Of a DNA stretch of 59,400 nt, positions 1 through 8,815 are shown one piece after another. This DNA is from Verrucomicrobiota bacterium (GTDB lineage Bacteria; Verrucomicrobiota; Verrucomicrobiia; Chthoniobacterales; UBA10450). The notes below the pieces were generated by a model that saw only the letters and a list, made by a program, of their open reading frames with translations, was not told where the DNA came from and ran no database searches. Location: positions 1-59,400 of the forward strand of contig JBKPLX010000168.1 in the NCBI GenBank assembly GCA_046731855.1, given 5' to 3'. Numbering within the stretch: the first letter of the stretch is position 1; each line of letters begins with the position of its first letter. The translations under genes and the position numbers were made by a program.

Positions 1-1346
1 CCATCGGAATTAAAGTTCTCGCTACTGGTGCCGACTACCCAGACGATCATGTTATTAGTCCCGTCCGTGGAGGTGACCCAAGGTGTCCCGCAACCGCCAT
101 TGCCCCGGTTCACAGTCCATCCGTCGATGATGCCAGGCGGACTGGTTGCAGTAATGCGGAAAGTCTTGAGTGCGTCGGCGCCGGCGCGAAAAGCAACATA
201 CGTGCTTAGGTTGGTTCGGTAGGCGGCCGGCCCTCCATATATGTAGCTCCAGGCTTCCCGTGCTTCTGCTACCGGCGTGGTAATACCACCAAGGTTATCG
301 CGATTAAGTAGATGGGCATATTCATCTTTGCCCAGTTGGACGACGAGACGGGAGGGCGTTGCGCCCGGGACATCCACCAGCACTGGACCCGCGCCCGCAA
401 TCTCAGTGAGCTGCTGGTCGAGGCTCGACCAATTGAGCGGCACCCAGTAATCACTGGAATTGCCGCTAAAGATCGGGCCCGGTTGAAACCGAATTACTGC
501 TTCACCGCCATTCCAGACCCCTCCGGTGCTGTAACTGTTCCCGGTGCTAACGAACAGATTAGTGCCGTCACTGGCCACACCGCCAGGGCTCCATATACCG
601 CCGCCGATGGCGCCGCCAGTGGCACTGGTGGCCCATGCTGTTACACTGGCCGGATTATTTATCGGTACGCCCACCAGCCATCCATAAAAAACGTCACAAT
701 CCCCGTGGCTCCCATATGCAACATAAACAATGTTGCCCACGATGCCGAGCGCCGCACTTTGCATGTGGTTCGCTGGAATGAAAGTCGTGCCATTGTAATG
801 AGCCGTCAGCTCCACATCCACCGGCCAGCCAGGGTTAATGGCCCCCGTGTCCACGTTAAGCGAAATAATGTAATGTTTCTTGGTCGTACCGCCATCGGGC
901 GTGGTCAACGCGCTCAAAAACAGCGCCCGTGAAGCAACATCGACAACGGGCGCACCGGTGATCCCTGCGTCACCAACCTCATCGCATTGGATTTGGTCTG
1001 CCGGCACCGCAGGACCCACATTTCGCTGCCAAATGATGGTGCCATCGACAGCGTCGAGCGCATATACATTATTCGATGTTGTCGCGACAATGACCATCGC
1101 CCTGCCGCCTGGACCGCCTTCAACGTAAAGTGGCTGCGCGAGAACGTTGCCTACGATCGTACCGCCGAAGTTTAGGTCGCGTACCAGGTTCGCCACAGCC
1201 GATTGCGTGAAGGCCGAATCGACATAAAGACCATCGCGCGAACTATTGTTGTGATACTGAGTAACGTTGACCTGCGCGTTTATTGGAACAACCGCGCTCC
1301 ACAAACCTGCAGCGACAAGCAAAGAAATGGAAAATATCGTTTTCAA
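1..1346 (-). CDS. Secreted PQQ/BamB-like beta-propeller repeat protein (partial; C-terminus beyond the left edge)
   Basis: The minus-strand frame is open from the window edge up to a TTG at 1346, with an in-frame TAA just upstream. My translation starts LKTIFSISLLVAAGLWSAVVPINAQ (signal peptide). It continues with propeller-type motifs (NNVYALDAVDGTIIWQ, GNIVYVAYGSHGD). It is absent from the ORF track because it has no stop inside the window. Confidence 0.75.
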   Translation of the reverse strand, partial: MKTIFSISLLVAAGLWSAVVPINAQVNVTQYHNNSSRDGLYVDSAFTQSAVANLVRDLNFGGTIVGNVLAQPLYVEGGPGGRAMVIVATTSNNVYALDAVDGTIIWQRNVGPAVPADQIQCDEVGDAGITGAPVVDVASRALFLSALTTPDGGTTKKHYIISLNVDTGAINPGWPVDVELTAHYNGTTFIPANHMQSAALGIVGNIVYVAYGSHGDCDVFYGWLVGVPINNPASVTAWATSATGGAIGGGIWSPGGVASDGTNLFVSTGNSYSTGGVWNGGEAVIRFQPGPIFSGNSSDYWVPLNWSSLDQQLTEIAGAGPVLVDVPGATPSRLVVQLGKDEYAHLLNRDNLGGITTPVAEAREAWSYIYGGPAAYRTNLSTYVAFRAGADALKTFRITATSPPGIIDGWTVNRGNGGCGTPWVTSTDGTNNMIVWVVGTSSENFNSD

Positions 1347-1627
1347 AGCTCCACACTCGAGATCACTGCGCCCGCTTTATCTTGTAAACGGCAGGGGCCC
1401 TGCGATGCGCCGAGAAGGCAGCAAATCCAGTGCCAAAAGATAGAAGCTGTATTAGAGACATCATAACCAATTATCTGTTTGGCTCTTAGCATGACCGTGT
1501 AATTCGAGAAGCCATGCTTCCAATCACGAAAATCGTAAGCTATTCCGACATCAGCGCTTACAGAATCTGAACACGCGCTAGATGCTGCACGAGAACGTAA
1601 TAAACGAACGTCACCTGGCCGGCTTGA

Positions 1628-2590
1628 CTATTGTGCCCGGACGAAGTCACGGCGCTTCGGGCTAGCAACCCGGAAGGCAGCAGCGTAACGGATTTGCCAA
1701 TCGTGCCTCTTTCGGTTGAGAGGCTCCAGCCCCCACCACTCCCAGGGCCAGTCTGCTCGGACAGAACGATCGCCGTCGTGGATTTCCGCCATCAACTCCG
1801 GCACCGGCTCCCAGCCGAGGTCAAGTGCACTCTTCGTTCGAATGTCCAAATCGACTCCTGAAACAAACACGTATCCTCCTGGAGTAACCAATTGTGATAT
1901 ATTCCTCAGGCACCTTTCGGCATCAGCTCTAGCCATGTGACAGAGAAAATTGCTCGCGACCACTATGTCTTGAGGCCCAAGGATACTTATGAGTTCCGGG
2001 TCAGCTACGTCCCGAACGTGCCACGTAATCCCCTCTTTGAGCCACGATTTGACTTTGGCCTGATCGCCCTCCCAATCGAACATGTCAACCATCTCAGCCT
2101 CGGTCAATCGTTCAAAAATCGAAGCACCGACCAACTCGGAAGTATCAGGAGTGTAAATGCCTTTCTCGGCGAAGCTCAGTATATCTCTCGAAATATCCAC
2201 CGCTTCCAATAGCACTTTTAAGTCCGGCCGCGCCGAGCGGATGGACCACAGGATTGAATATACCTCAGCTCCAATGCTGCAGCCCAAAACCGTAATTCTT
2301 AACGTCGCGCCGTGGGGCTTGTGGCCGGCAAGGCGGCGCATCAATTCCAGCGCTGGACGATTCCTAAGGAAGAACGTGCCAAAGAACTGCTGGCGCCTCG
2401 CGCCGAGGCAAACCAAGCTATGCAACCACGCCCCGTACGAACGAACGACGCTCAGATTTCGTACGCGAGAAGGGAGATGCTCGCATATCCGCTTATTCAA
2501 CCGCAAGTAAAAGCCGACAGGAGACTTTCCTAAGACCTGAAAGCGTGCCGCCTTCGCCAGAATTGGATGATAGACTTGGTTGTTTATCAA
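1628..2590 (-). CDS. CheR-type SAM-dependent methyltransferase
   Basis: 320-aa ORF. RITVLGCSIGAEVYSI resembles the CheR SAM-binding signature (..CSTGEEPYS..), and ASNFLCHM follows downstream. It is the last gene of the co-directional polysaccharide locus, with no chemotaxis genes nearby. Confidence 0.65.
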   Translation of the reverse strand: MINNQVYHPILAKAARFQVLGKSPVGFYLRLNKRICEHLPSRVRNLSVVRSYGAWLHSLVCLGARRQQFFGTFFLRNRPALELMRRLAGHKPHGATLRITVLGCSIGAEVYSILWSIRSARPDLKVLLEAVDISRDILSFAEKGIYTPDTSELVGASIFERLTEAEMVDMFDWEGDQAKVKSWLKEGITWHVRDVADPELISILGPQDIVVASNFLCHMARADAERCLRNISQLVTPGGYVFVSGVDLDIRTKSALDLGWEPVPELMAEIHDGDRSVRADWPWEWWGLEPLNRKRHDWQIRYAAAFRVASPKRRDFVRAQ

Positions 2591-2617
2591 AATGAAATTC
2601 TCTGAGCGCTTGTTCGC

Positions 2618-3871
2618 TCAAACGCATTTGGAGATAAGGCTGTATTGCTCGTCCAACGTTTTACGATACTCCTCGGTCTTGTGTTTAACATAGAGCCTGA
2701 GCGCCTCGGCATTCTTTTCGAGTTTAACAAGTCTATCGATCAAATTGTCAAAATCCAAGTTAGCAAGAGGAAGGCAGTATTCTGTCAAGCCAATTTCGCT
2801 CATCAAAGAATCTAGCTTTGTATGGTCTGACAAGCACACCACCGGCTTATTGAGCATAAGAGCCAATACCAGGTTATGAAACCGCGATGTGACTAAAAAG
2901 TCGATGGCTGCGATTTGAGACAACAACTCCTTTACGGTAAGAACCGGTTCATCAACAATCTGACCTTCTTTCTTCATTAATCCGCGCTCGTGCAGCGATT
3001 CCATGAAATCTTGTTTCACACCGCTGTCGTACAAAACATCTCCGATTATCACTCGCACCATGTAGTCTCGCTCGCACAACCATGCCACAAGGTCTCCTAA
3101 CGTGTTCAAGTAATCGCGATAGGTGCGATTATTGTGGCGATCACGCACGCCCTCTTGACCCAGGTAGTCCTTTAGTCCAATACCGAAGACAGGCCTTTGT
3201 TTACCTACGTTCTGACATGCTGGTAACAAAGTCCTTTGCAAGCTAAACGCTAAATCGGGATAAACCAGGTCAGAACCGCGACAAGGCTCCATTTTCTCAA
3301 CGTACTGTTTCGAGGCGACGTCTCGGTAGCTACGATAGTCCGAGAGCCTGAGACTTGTCTTAATGAACCACCTGCTCAGAGGGTGATATATCGGGCCGAC
3401 ACCGATGTTTAGGAAGAGCAACCTAGCCCTGGTTAGTTTGGCAATGATTGCCCATTTGAATATATCGTAGGGCCAGCTAAACGGTCCTGTCACGTAATCT
3501 GATACCACTTGCGTTCCCGGGACGATGAGCATCTGGCTTCCCTTAATCACCTTGAAGCCCTTGGCCCAATGGATCAATTCTAGCGGAATTAGGAAAAGAA
3601 TCTTTCGCAGTAATTTCATCAACCGTGAGCATCGCCCAAAGCGCAATTGAGAGTCTAACCAAGCAGGATATGCTTGATGGGCTGCAAAGGCAGGGATACT
3701 GTGTCTTTCTTCTGTGTCCTCGGGGACTGTGCAAAGACATGTAAATGTTGCATCCGGCAAGGCCTTATGGATGTTGTACATAGTAGCCTGCAACGTGCAT
3801 TCATTACCTAAATTCTGGGTGCCAAAAACGCCGAAAAAGACGATTTTGTTACTCTTTTTCTTTTGTTTCAT
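2618..3871 (-). CDS. Polysaccharide pyruvyl transferase family protein (WcaK/CsaB-like)
   Basis: 417-aa ORF. The N-terminus KIVFFGVFGTQNLGNECTLQA and the C-terminal SRFHNLVLALMLNKPVV are typical of the pyruvyl transferase family. Confidence 0.75.
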   Translation of the reverse strand: MKQKKKSNKIVFFGVFGTQNLGNECTLQATMYNIHKALPDATFTCLCTVPEDTEERHSIPAFAAHQAYPAWLDSQLRFGRCSRLMKLLRKILFLIPLELIHWAKGFKVIKGSQMLIVPGTQVVSDYVTGPFSWPYDIFKWAIIAKLTRARLLFLNIGVGPIYHPLSRWFIKTSLRLSDYRSYRDVASKQYVEKMEPCRGSDLVYPDLAFSLQRTLLPACQNVGKQRPVFGIGLKDYLGQEGVRDRHNNRTYRDYLNTLGDLVAWLCERDYMVRVIIGDVLYDSGVKQDFMESLHERGLMKKEGQIVDEPVLTVKELLSQIAAIDFLVTSRFHNLVLALMLNKPVVCLSDHTKLDSLMSEIGLTEYCLPLANLDFDNLIDRLVKLEKNAEALRLYVKHKTEEYRKTLDEQYSLISKCV

Positions 3872-4027
3872 TTCGCGATTAACATCTTTTTGCCAAGCGG
3901 CCCCAAAGATTTAGTCGATCACTGTTACTTATGAGTTGCTTAACGCTCACGGAGATTGAACCACGAGAGCGGTAGTGAGTGACCCCCGTGCCTGAGGTAT
4001 TGTGCGTCCTCACCCCCGCCGGAGGCA

Positions 4028-5209
4028 CTACATCGATGGATAATTTCTGGCAACGTCCGCCAGTTCTTTCAACCGTTTCTCCCGCAATTCAAGCTGCGGC
4101 GTGGCCTTGAGTCCGGCAATGGCCAGAATTTGTTTCCAACGATACGACCAGTCGTGGCGAAGGAGTGCTTCCGCGGCGTTCCGACGGCTGGTTTCCCAGA
4201 GCCGCTCCGGTTGACCAGCAAGCTCAGCCAAAACATCCGCCACTTCAGAGCTATTGGGGTCGATTGTAATAATCGCGTCCTTCCAATCAAAAAGCTGGCG
4301 AAACGGCTCACAATCCGGAGCCTGGCCGATCATCACGGTACCCGCCGCCGCCCCTTCGTAAAATCTAGCCGGCACTTCAATTTGCCCTCGAGTTTCCTCC
4401 GGCAGGTTCGCCTTGCCAGGGGCAACCAAAAAATATCGACTCCGCTTGATCTGATTGGCCAGTAATTGACGGTGTTGTTTATGGTTGGACACCAAGTTTT
4501 CCGCTCCGGTCTGGAGCGTCTCATAAACGTAAAACATATTCCGCTCAGCCGTGAACTTAAGTAGGGTCCGGTGAAGACCCTCCAATCGGCGACCCAGACT
4601 GTAAACATCGATCACCCGTGCTGGCGGGTTCGGGTAAGGGCTGAAACGGATAGCGTCCACTCCATGAGGAAGGAAGTGGCAACGCCGTCCAATTACTTTG
4701 CTGATCGCGTCCACGCTCCCTTGGAAGCCTACGAACACATGATCGAATCGCTTCAGGATGTGCAGGTAATTTCGGCTATGGAACGCATCGGCGGAGTACA
4801 ATTCGTCCAGCCAACATACGCTTGTTCTGCAGCGATCCTTCCAACCCTGTACTGCGTTCACGTAAAGCAGATCTCGAAGAGTTTGGAAGCGACAAAAAAA
4901 CAGATCGTATTCTTTTCTGAGCCTGACCGGACGGAGTCCGGGGTTGACAGAGGCAAGCCCTCCAGTCACATCCTTCCACAAAAGCCTACGCTGGCATTTT
5001 TCCTTAAATCTGAAGGCTACGCCGGGTTCCAGAGGAAAGAGCTCAACGTGATCCGACTCCATGAAAACATCCTCAGCTTCGTAATTCGCAGCCTCAAACG
5101 CCATGCGAGCGATTCCTCTCCAGGTTGGCATGCAAATCCGAGGTGCGGGCGATGATGCCGATGGTTGCGACAAGTATTGTCCCCTATCTTGGTCGCTTAG
5201 CGTGTGCAT
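4028..5209 (-). CDS. CgeB-like / GT1-related glycosyltransferase-like protein
   Basis: 393-aa ORF. The C-terminal RFYEGAAAGTVMIGQAP...DAIITI resembles the Glyco_trans_1_2 (CgeB-type) motif. The family assignment is tentative. Confidence 0.5.
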   Translation of the reverse strand: MHTLSDQDRGQYLSQPSASSPAPRICMPTWRGIARMAFEAANYEAEDVFMESDHVELFPLEPGVAFRFKEKCQRRLLWKDVTGGLASVNPGLRPVRLRKEYDLFFCRFQTLRDLLYVNAVQGWKDRCRTSVCWLDELYSADAFHSRNYLHILKRFDHVFVGFQGSVDAISKVIGRRCHFLPHGVDAIRFSPYPNPPARVIDVYSLGRRLEGLHRTLLKFTAERNMFYVYETLQTGAENLVSNHKQHRQLLANQIKRSRYFLVAPGKANLPEETRGQIEVPARFYEGAAAGTVMIGQAPDCEPFRQLFDWKDAIITIDPNSSEVADVLAELAGQPERLWETSRRNAAEALLRHDWSYRWKQILAIAGLKATPQLELREKRLKELADVARNYPSM

Positions 5210-5257
5210 ATTTTCACACTTCGGCGAACCCCTCCAACAATCTGGGCGGGAAAGAGT

Positions 5258-5620
5258 TCATCGACTCGGGATATCCCCGATCCTCATTTTATCGCTGTAC
5301 GTAAAAACACGTATCGATACCAGCTGCTTCGTACGTTTCTCATGGATTCGTGCAGGTAAAAACCGAAACGCATTGCAGGCCGCTGCCCAGCGCCAATGCA
5401 TGGACGAGCTATCGCCGGAAATCAGAGAGCCGCAACCCTGCACAGCGGCCAGATGCTCGAGCACGGTGTACCAACCCTGCAGTATGTTCCCCTTTAAACC
5501 TGCCGGCTTCAGTTCGTTCTTCAACTCGTCATAATAGGCCCATTGTTTCATGGGCCATACTGGATCCTGCGTCGATCAGATAGCCAGATCTCATTGCAGC
5601 CCCGTCGGAATGATAAAGCG
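5258..5620 (-). pseudogene. Truncated, inactivated paralog of the GT9 glycosyltransferase at 10690..11589
   Basis: Clear nucleotide and peptide homology to the C-terminal half of the GT9 gene (PVWPMKQWAYYDELKNEL versus PVWPMKRWAYYHELKKEL). In-frame TGA codons lie at 5576-5578 and 5591-5593. A 1-nt deletion near 5395 lies just after the conserved ATGCAT, and a further TGA at about 5340-5342 appears in the corrected frame. The N-terminal ~170 codons are missing. Confidence 0.8.
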
Positions 5621-5718
5621 GCTCAAAATAAGGATCACAAACGCTGCGGATCTCATCGCACGATATGGGGAGCACGACGCCTTAACGCTGCAACAAACAC
5701 CTTGACCATCAGCTCAGC

Positions 5719-7617
5719 TCACGGCGCGACCAAGCTCCAGCCCTGCCACGGCGTCGGGCCATAAGCGTGACCGATAAGAACAAATCTATTAAGATACCAT
5801 ATCACGGTTTGCCGCGTATTGGGATTGTAAAACAGGTAATCCGATTTGCCGTCGCCGTTAAAATCTGCAGCCCCGACCAAGCTCCAGCCCTGCCACGGCG
5901 TGGGGCCATAAGCGTGGCCAATAAGAGCGTTATTGTTAAGATACCACATCACTGTCTGCCGCGTACTGGGATTGTATAGCAGGTAATCCGGTTTGCCGTC
6001 ACCGTTAAAATCCGCAGCCCCGACCAAGTTCCAGCCCGGCCACGGCGTGGGGCCATAAGCGTGGCCGAATTTAACATTATTGTGAAGATACCATATCACC
6101 GTCTGCCGCGTACTGGGATTGTAAAGCAGGTAATCCGGTTTGCCGTCGCCGTTGAAATCCGCAACCCCCACCAAGCTCCAGCCCGGCCACGGCGTGGGGC
6201 CGTAAGCGCGGCCGATAAGAACATTGTTGTTAAGATACCATATCACCGTCCGCCGCGTACTGGGATTGTAAAGCAGGTAATCCGGATAACCGTCGTCGTT
6301 AAAGTCCATTTCTGCAGGCCGCTCCCCGGGCATAGCGGTTGGGGCCGGCGGCGGCCGCGGCGGCGGCGGGCTCGGATTTCCGTCCACCGCCAAGGGATGT
6401 GGGTAAGTGTACGGCGTGTAGCCTGGCATCGGCGTGTTATTAAAGAAATCTCGCCCTGCAAGAATCGTCCTAGACCCTTGCCCTAGAGTAATGTTGAAAG
6501 AACTGCCGTCGTCCTGATTATGGTTGTTCCATGAGTAGCAGGGTTCATTCGCCTGATTCGGCCACGCCGGAGAGTTGCGGTTAATGTGCGCACCCGCTCC
6601 CAGGCCCGGTTGGTCTAGGACGCGCAACACCGTGTGAGTCTGCTGATCGTTCAAGTCCCAAGGGTTGTTCCCGTCAGCTAATCCGAACGGGGGGCCGTAT
6701 GACTGGACAAGACGATAAACCTGGATCGAGATTCCGTAGGTGTGCGGTATGACAACATTGTGGTGATAGATACACGAACCGCCATCTATCCCGTCCAACG
6801 ACGAGGAGTTGTTAGTGTAGTTGAATTCGTTGTTGTAAACCTCGTAGGCCCGACCGCCACGAGCATCAGGAAAAGTTCTAGCTGTTCCGTGAGAGCCCAG
6901 ACTGTTGTTGCCAAAGAATTTATTGTATCGGGCGCAAATCTTACCGCCAGCTGTAATGTCCGTCCCTCCATCGAGCCAGTTGTCCTCCAGGAACAGGAAG
7001 TTAGGCCCGCCGAAACCGGCTGATGTTTCAAACATGCTGTCGCCTTTATCAGTATTCGCCCCCGGCCAGAAATGGACAAATCCGCCGTTGCCGAGAACAT
7101 TATTATCCATGACATTATGATCGAACACGCCCCAATTTTGCGAGAAAACACCTATCTGAGGCGACCAGTAGATGCCGTGAAAGTGACAGTGATCTATCCG
7201 TACTGGAGTCCTTCCGGCCTCTACCCTAATGATGCCATTGTAACCCCACGATGTTAGGCCGGGCTGGAATGTCAGTCCAGAAATCCGTTGACCGGCGTTT
7301 CCGTTAAGTTCAATCAAAGGCTGATTCAGGCTGCGCGAAATGTTGTCAATAATAATGGTATTATCCACACATCGGCCTGTGTCCGTATTGGTAGTCGTGT
7401 TCCCTTGAAGCGTAATCGCTTTGGTAAGATAAATCCTGCTAGTCCAGCTAAACGTGCCGCTTGGCACGGTAATGGTATCACCGTCATGCGCCTGATTATT
7501 GTGAATAGACTGAACACTGGCCGCTGTCCCGTCGGAATTGTAAACGGCGGCCGCGCAGCGCGGGCCGGAGAAGCCGCCCAAAATAAGGACAAACAGAAGA
7601 ATTCCCGACACCTTCAT
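5719..7617 (-). CDS. Secreted right-handed beta-helix (pectate-lyase-fold) protein with Pro-rich linker and 4 C-terminal FG-GAP/VCBS-like repeats
   Basis: 632-aa ORF with signal peptide MKVSGILLFVLILGGFSGPRCAAA. PL1-like motifs are present: VRIDHCHF and SHGTARTFPDARGGRAYEVYNNEF. The linker PSPPPPRPPPAP is followed by 4 copies of DFNGDGKPDYLLYNPSTRQTVIWYLNNN...GPTPWPGWSLVG. It is a paralog of 29171..30895. Confidence 0.85.
   Translation of the reverse strand: MKVSGILLFVLILGGFSGPRCAAAVYNSDGTAASVQSIHNNQAHDGDTITVPSGTFSWTSRIYLTKAITLQGNTTTNTDTGRCVDNTIIIDNISRSLNQPLIELNGNAGQRISGLTFQPGLTSWGYNGIIRVEAGRTPVRIDHCHFHGIYWSPQIGVFSQNWGVFDHNVMDNNVLGNGGFVHFWPGANTDKGDSMFETSAGFGGPNFLFLEDNWLDGGTDITAGGKICARYNKFFGNNSLGSHGTARTFPDARGGRAYEVYNNEFNYTNNSSSLDGIDGGSCIYHHNVVIPHTYGISIQVYRLVQSYGPPFGLADGNNPWDLNDQQTHTVLRVLDQPGLGAGAHINRNSPAWPNQANEPCYSWNNHNQDDGSSFNITLGQGSRTILAGRDFFNNTPMPGYTPYTYPHPLAVDGNPSPPPPRPPPAPTAMPGERPAEMDFNDDGYPDYLLYNPSTRRTVIWYLNNNVLIGRAYGPTPWPGWSLVGVADFNGDGKPDYLLYNPSTRQTVIWYLHNNVKFGHAYGPTPWPGWNLVGAADFNGDGKPDYLLYNPSTRQTVMWYLNNNALIGHAYGPTPWQGWSLVGAADFNGDGKSDYLFYNPNTRQTVIWYLNRFVLIGHAYGPTPWQGWSLVAP
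5722..6309 (-). repeat. Tandem coding repeat, 4 x 147 bp (49-aa FG-GAP-like units)
   Basis: The motif GACCAAGCTCCAGCCCTGCCACGGCGT recurs at 5728 and 5875, giving a 147-bp period. Further units follow up to about 6309, with high nucleotide identity by eye. Confidence 0.85.
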
Positions 7618-7621
7618 AATT

Positions 7622-7650
7622 GCGGCTTATCGATCCTGGCGATAAGCCGC
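7622..7650 (-). promoter_or_regulatory. Perfect 11-bp hairpin in the 5' UTR, 4 nt upstream of the start codon of the 5719..7617 gene
   Basis: The mRNA sense reads GCGGCTTATCG-CCAGGAT-CGATAAGCCGC-AATT-AUG. The only SD-like AGGA sits in the loop. No U-tract follows, so it is not a terminator. Confidence 0.3.
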
Positions 7651-7993
7651 CCCTGTCGTTCGTATCAGACGCAATCGTCATGGCAAGTAATTTTTTCTGA
7701 CTTCGCAATTTATTTCGTAAACGCGCGCCGAACAAACCGATCCAGATTTTCCGCACTCCGTTGTCCAAACCCTCGAAGCGGGTTTCGACGCCGCCCCCAG
7801 ATCTCAATATGAATTGCTCGCAAAATAGGTCCTGATTGCCTTCATCAGATCAGAGATGTTCGGATGGCCGGTCAACGTGCGCCGCCCGGCAGCGAAGATC
7901 GTTCCGCCGGCGTGTCAGCAGCTGGTAGGACGTGGTGCTCGTCGGAAGAACCAATCTCTCTTGCATCGCTAGACAATCCAACAACAGATGTTT

Positions 7994-8815
7994 TCATGAT
8001 TTAACATTGTTCTGAGAAGCTGCGGCTGCTTTCTCTACGCGCACTGGCTCCGAAGGATAAAAGAGCAGCCTTGCGTACACATAGGTCACTGCCTCGCTTA
8101 AGACGTCCTTCAATCCCTCGCTATAACGCCACCAGCGCCTGGCATCGTAGTCCGGATTGGGAATTGCGATGACGCCTACGGCAACTTTGTCACCGAGCGC
8201 TTTCTGGAATAGAAGGCGCGTGCGGCGCGCATGCACATCTTCGGTGACAACATCGATGCCAGACACGGCCATATCGTGGTCGTGAAACCAGTTCCGCAGT
8301 GCAACTGCCGAACCGTATGTCCTATCCCGATCCATCACCCGCGACGGAACCATCTGCACTGATCCATTCGGAAAGCCGTTCTTTCTCAAGAGGTCTGCGC
8401 CGACGCTGGCCGAGGTGCAGAAATCATTGATGTATCCTCCAGTGCCCACTACGGGTCCGCCCGTGGTAAAAACCTGCTGATATTGGTTAGTTTGGAATTC
8501 TTTTAGCGCAGCGCGGATTGCGTATTCGTGTATCCATCCTTCAACTACGAGCACATGCGCATTGACGCGATGGGTTACCGCAAGAAAAGGGTAAACGCTT
8601 CTAAGAACTAGAACGCTGATAAGCACAACAGCGAAAGCCAGGATCAATCGGCCACGCCAGGAGAGCGACCAACGCTCTCTGCGATCGAACAGGCCCCAGA
8701 TCGCGCGGCGCGGTGCAGCCTGTGTTCCCAGAGAATGGACCGTTGCATTTGACGAGTGCTTTGATATGGCGCTCATCTCATCAGGCGCGCGGATTTCCCG
8801 CGGCCGATGCCGCAC
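7994..8815 (-). CDS. YdcF/ElyC-family (DUF218) protein
   Basis: 273-aa ORF with an N-terminal TM segment. The DUF218-like core shows VLVVEGWIH, VFTTGGPV and VVTEDVHARRTRLLF. The ORF-track start overlaps the upstream gene by 35 nt, so the alternative ATG at 8776 (MSAISKH) is plausible. Confidence 0.7.
   Translation of the reverse strand: MRHRPREIRAPDEMSAISKHSSNATVHSLGTQAAPRRAIWGLFDRRERWSLSWRGRLILAFAVVLISVLVLRSVYPFLAVTHRVNAHVLVVEGWIHEYAIRAALKEFQTNQYQQVFTTGGPVVGTGGYINDFCTSASVGADLLRKNGFPNGSVQMVPSRVMDRDRTYGSAVALRNWFHDHDMAVSGIDVVTEDVHARRTRLLFQKALGDKVAVGVIAIPNPDYDARRWWRYSEGLKDVLSEAVTYVYARLLFYPSEPVRVEKAAAASQNNVKS

Noticed and set aside
7622-7650. Reading the perfect hairpin as a rho-independent terminator of the upstream YdcF-like gene
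   Set aside because: No U-tract follows it on the transcribed strand, and it directly abuts the next start codon. I kept it only as a possible translational element.
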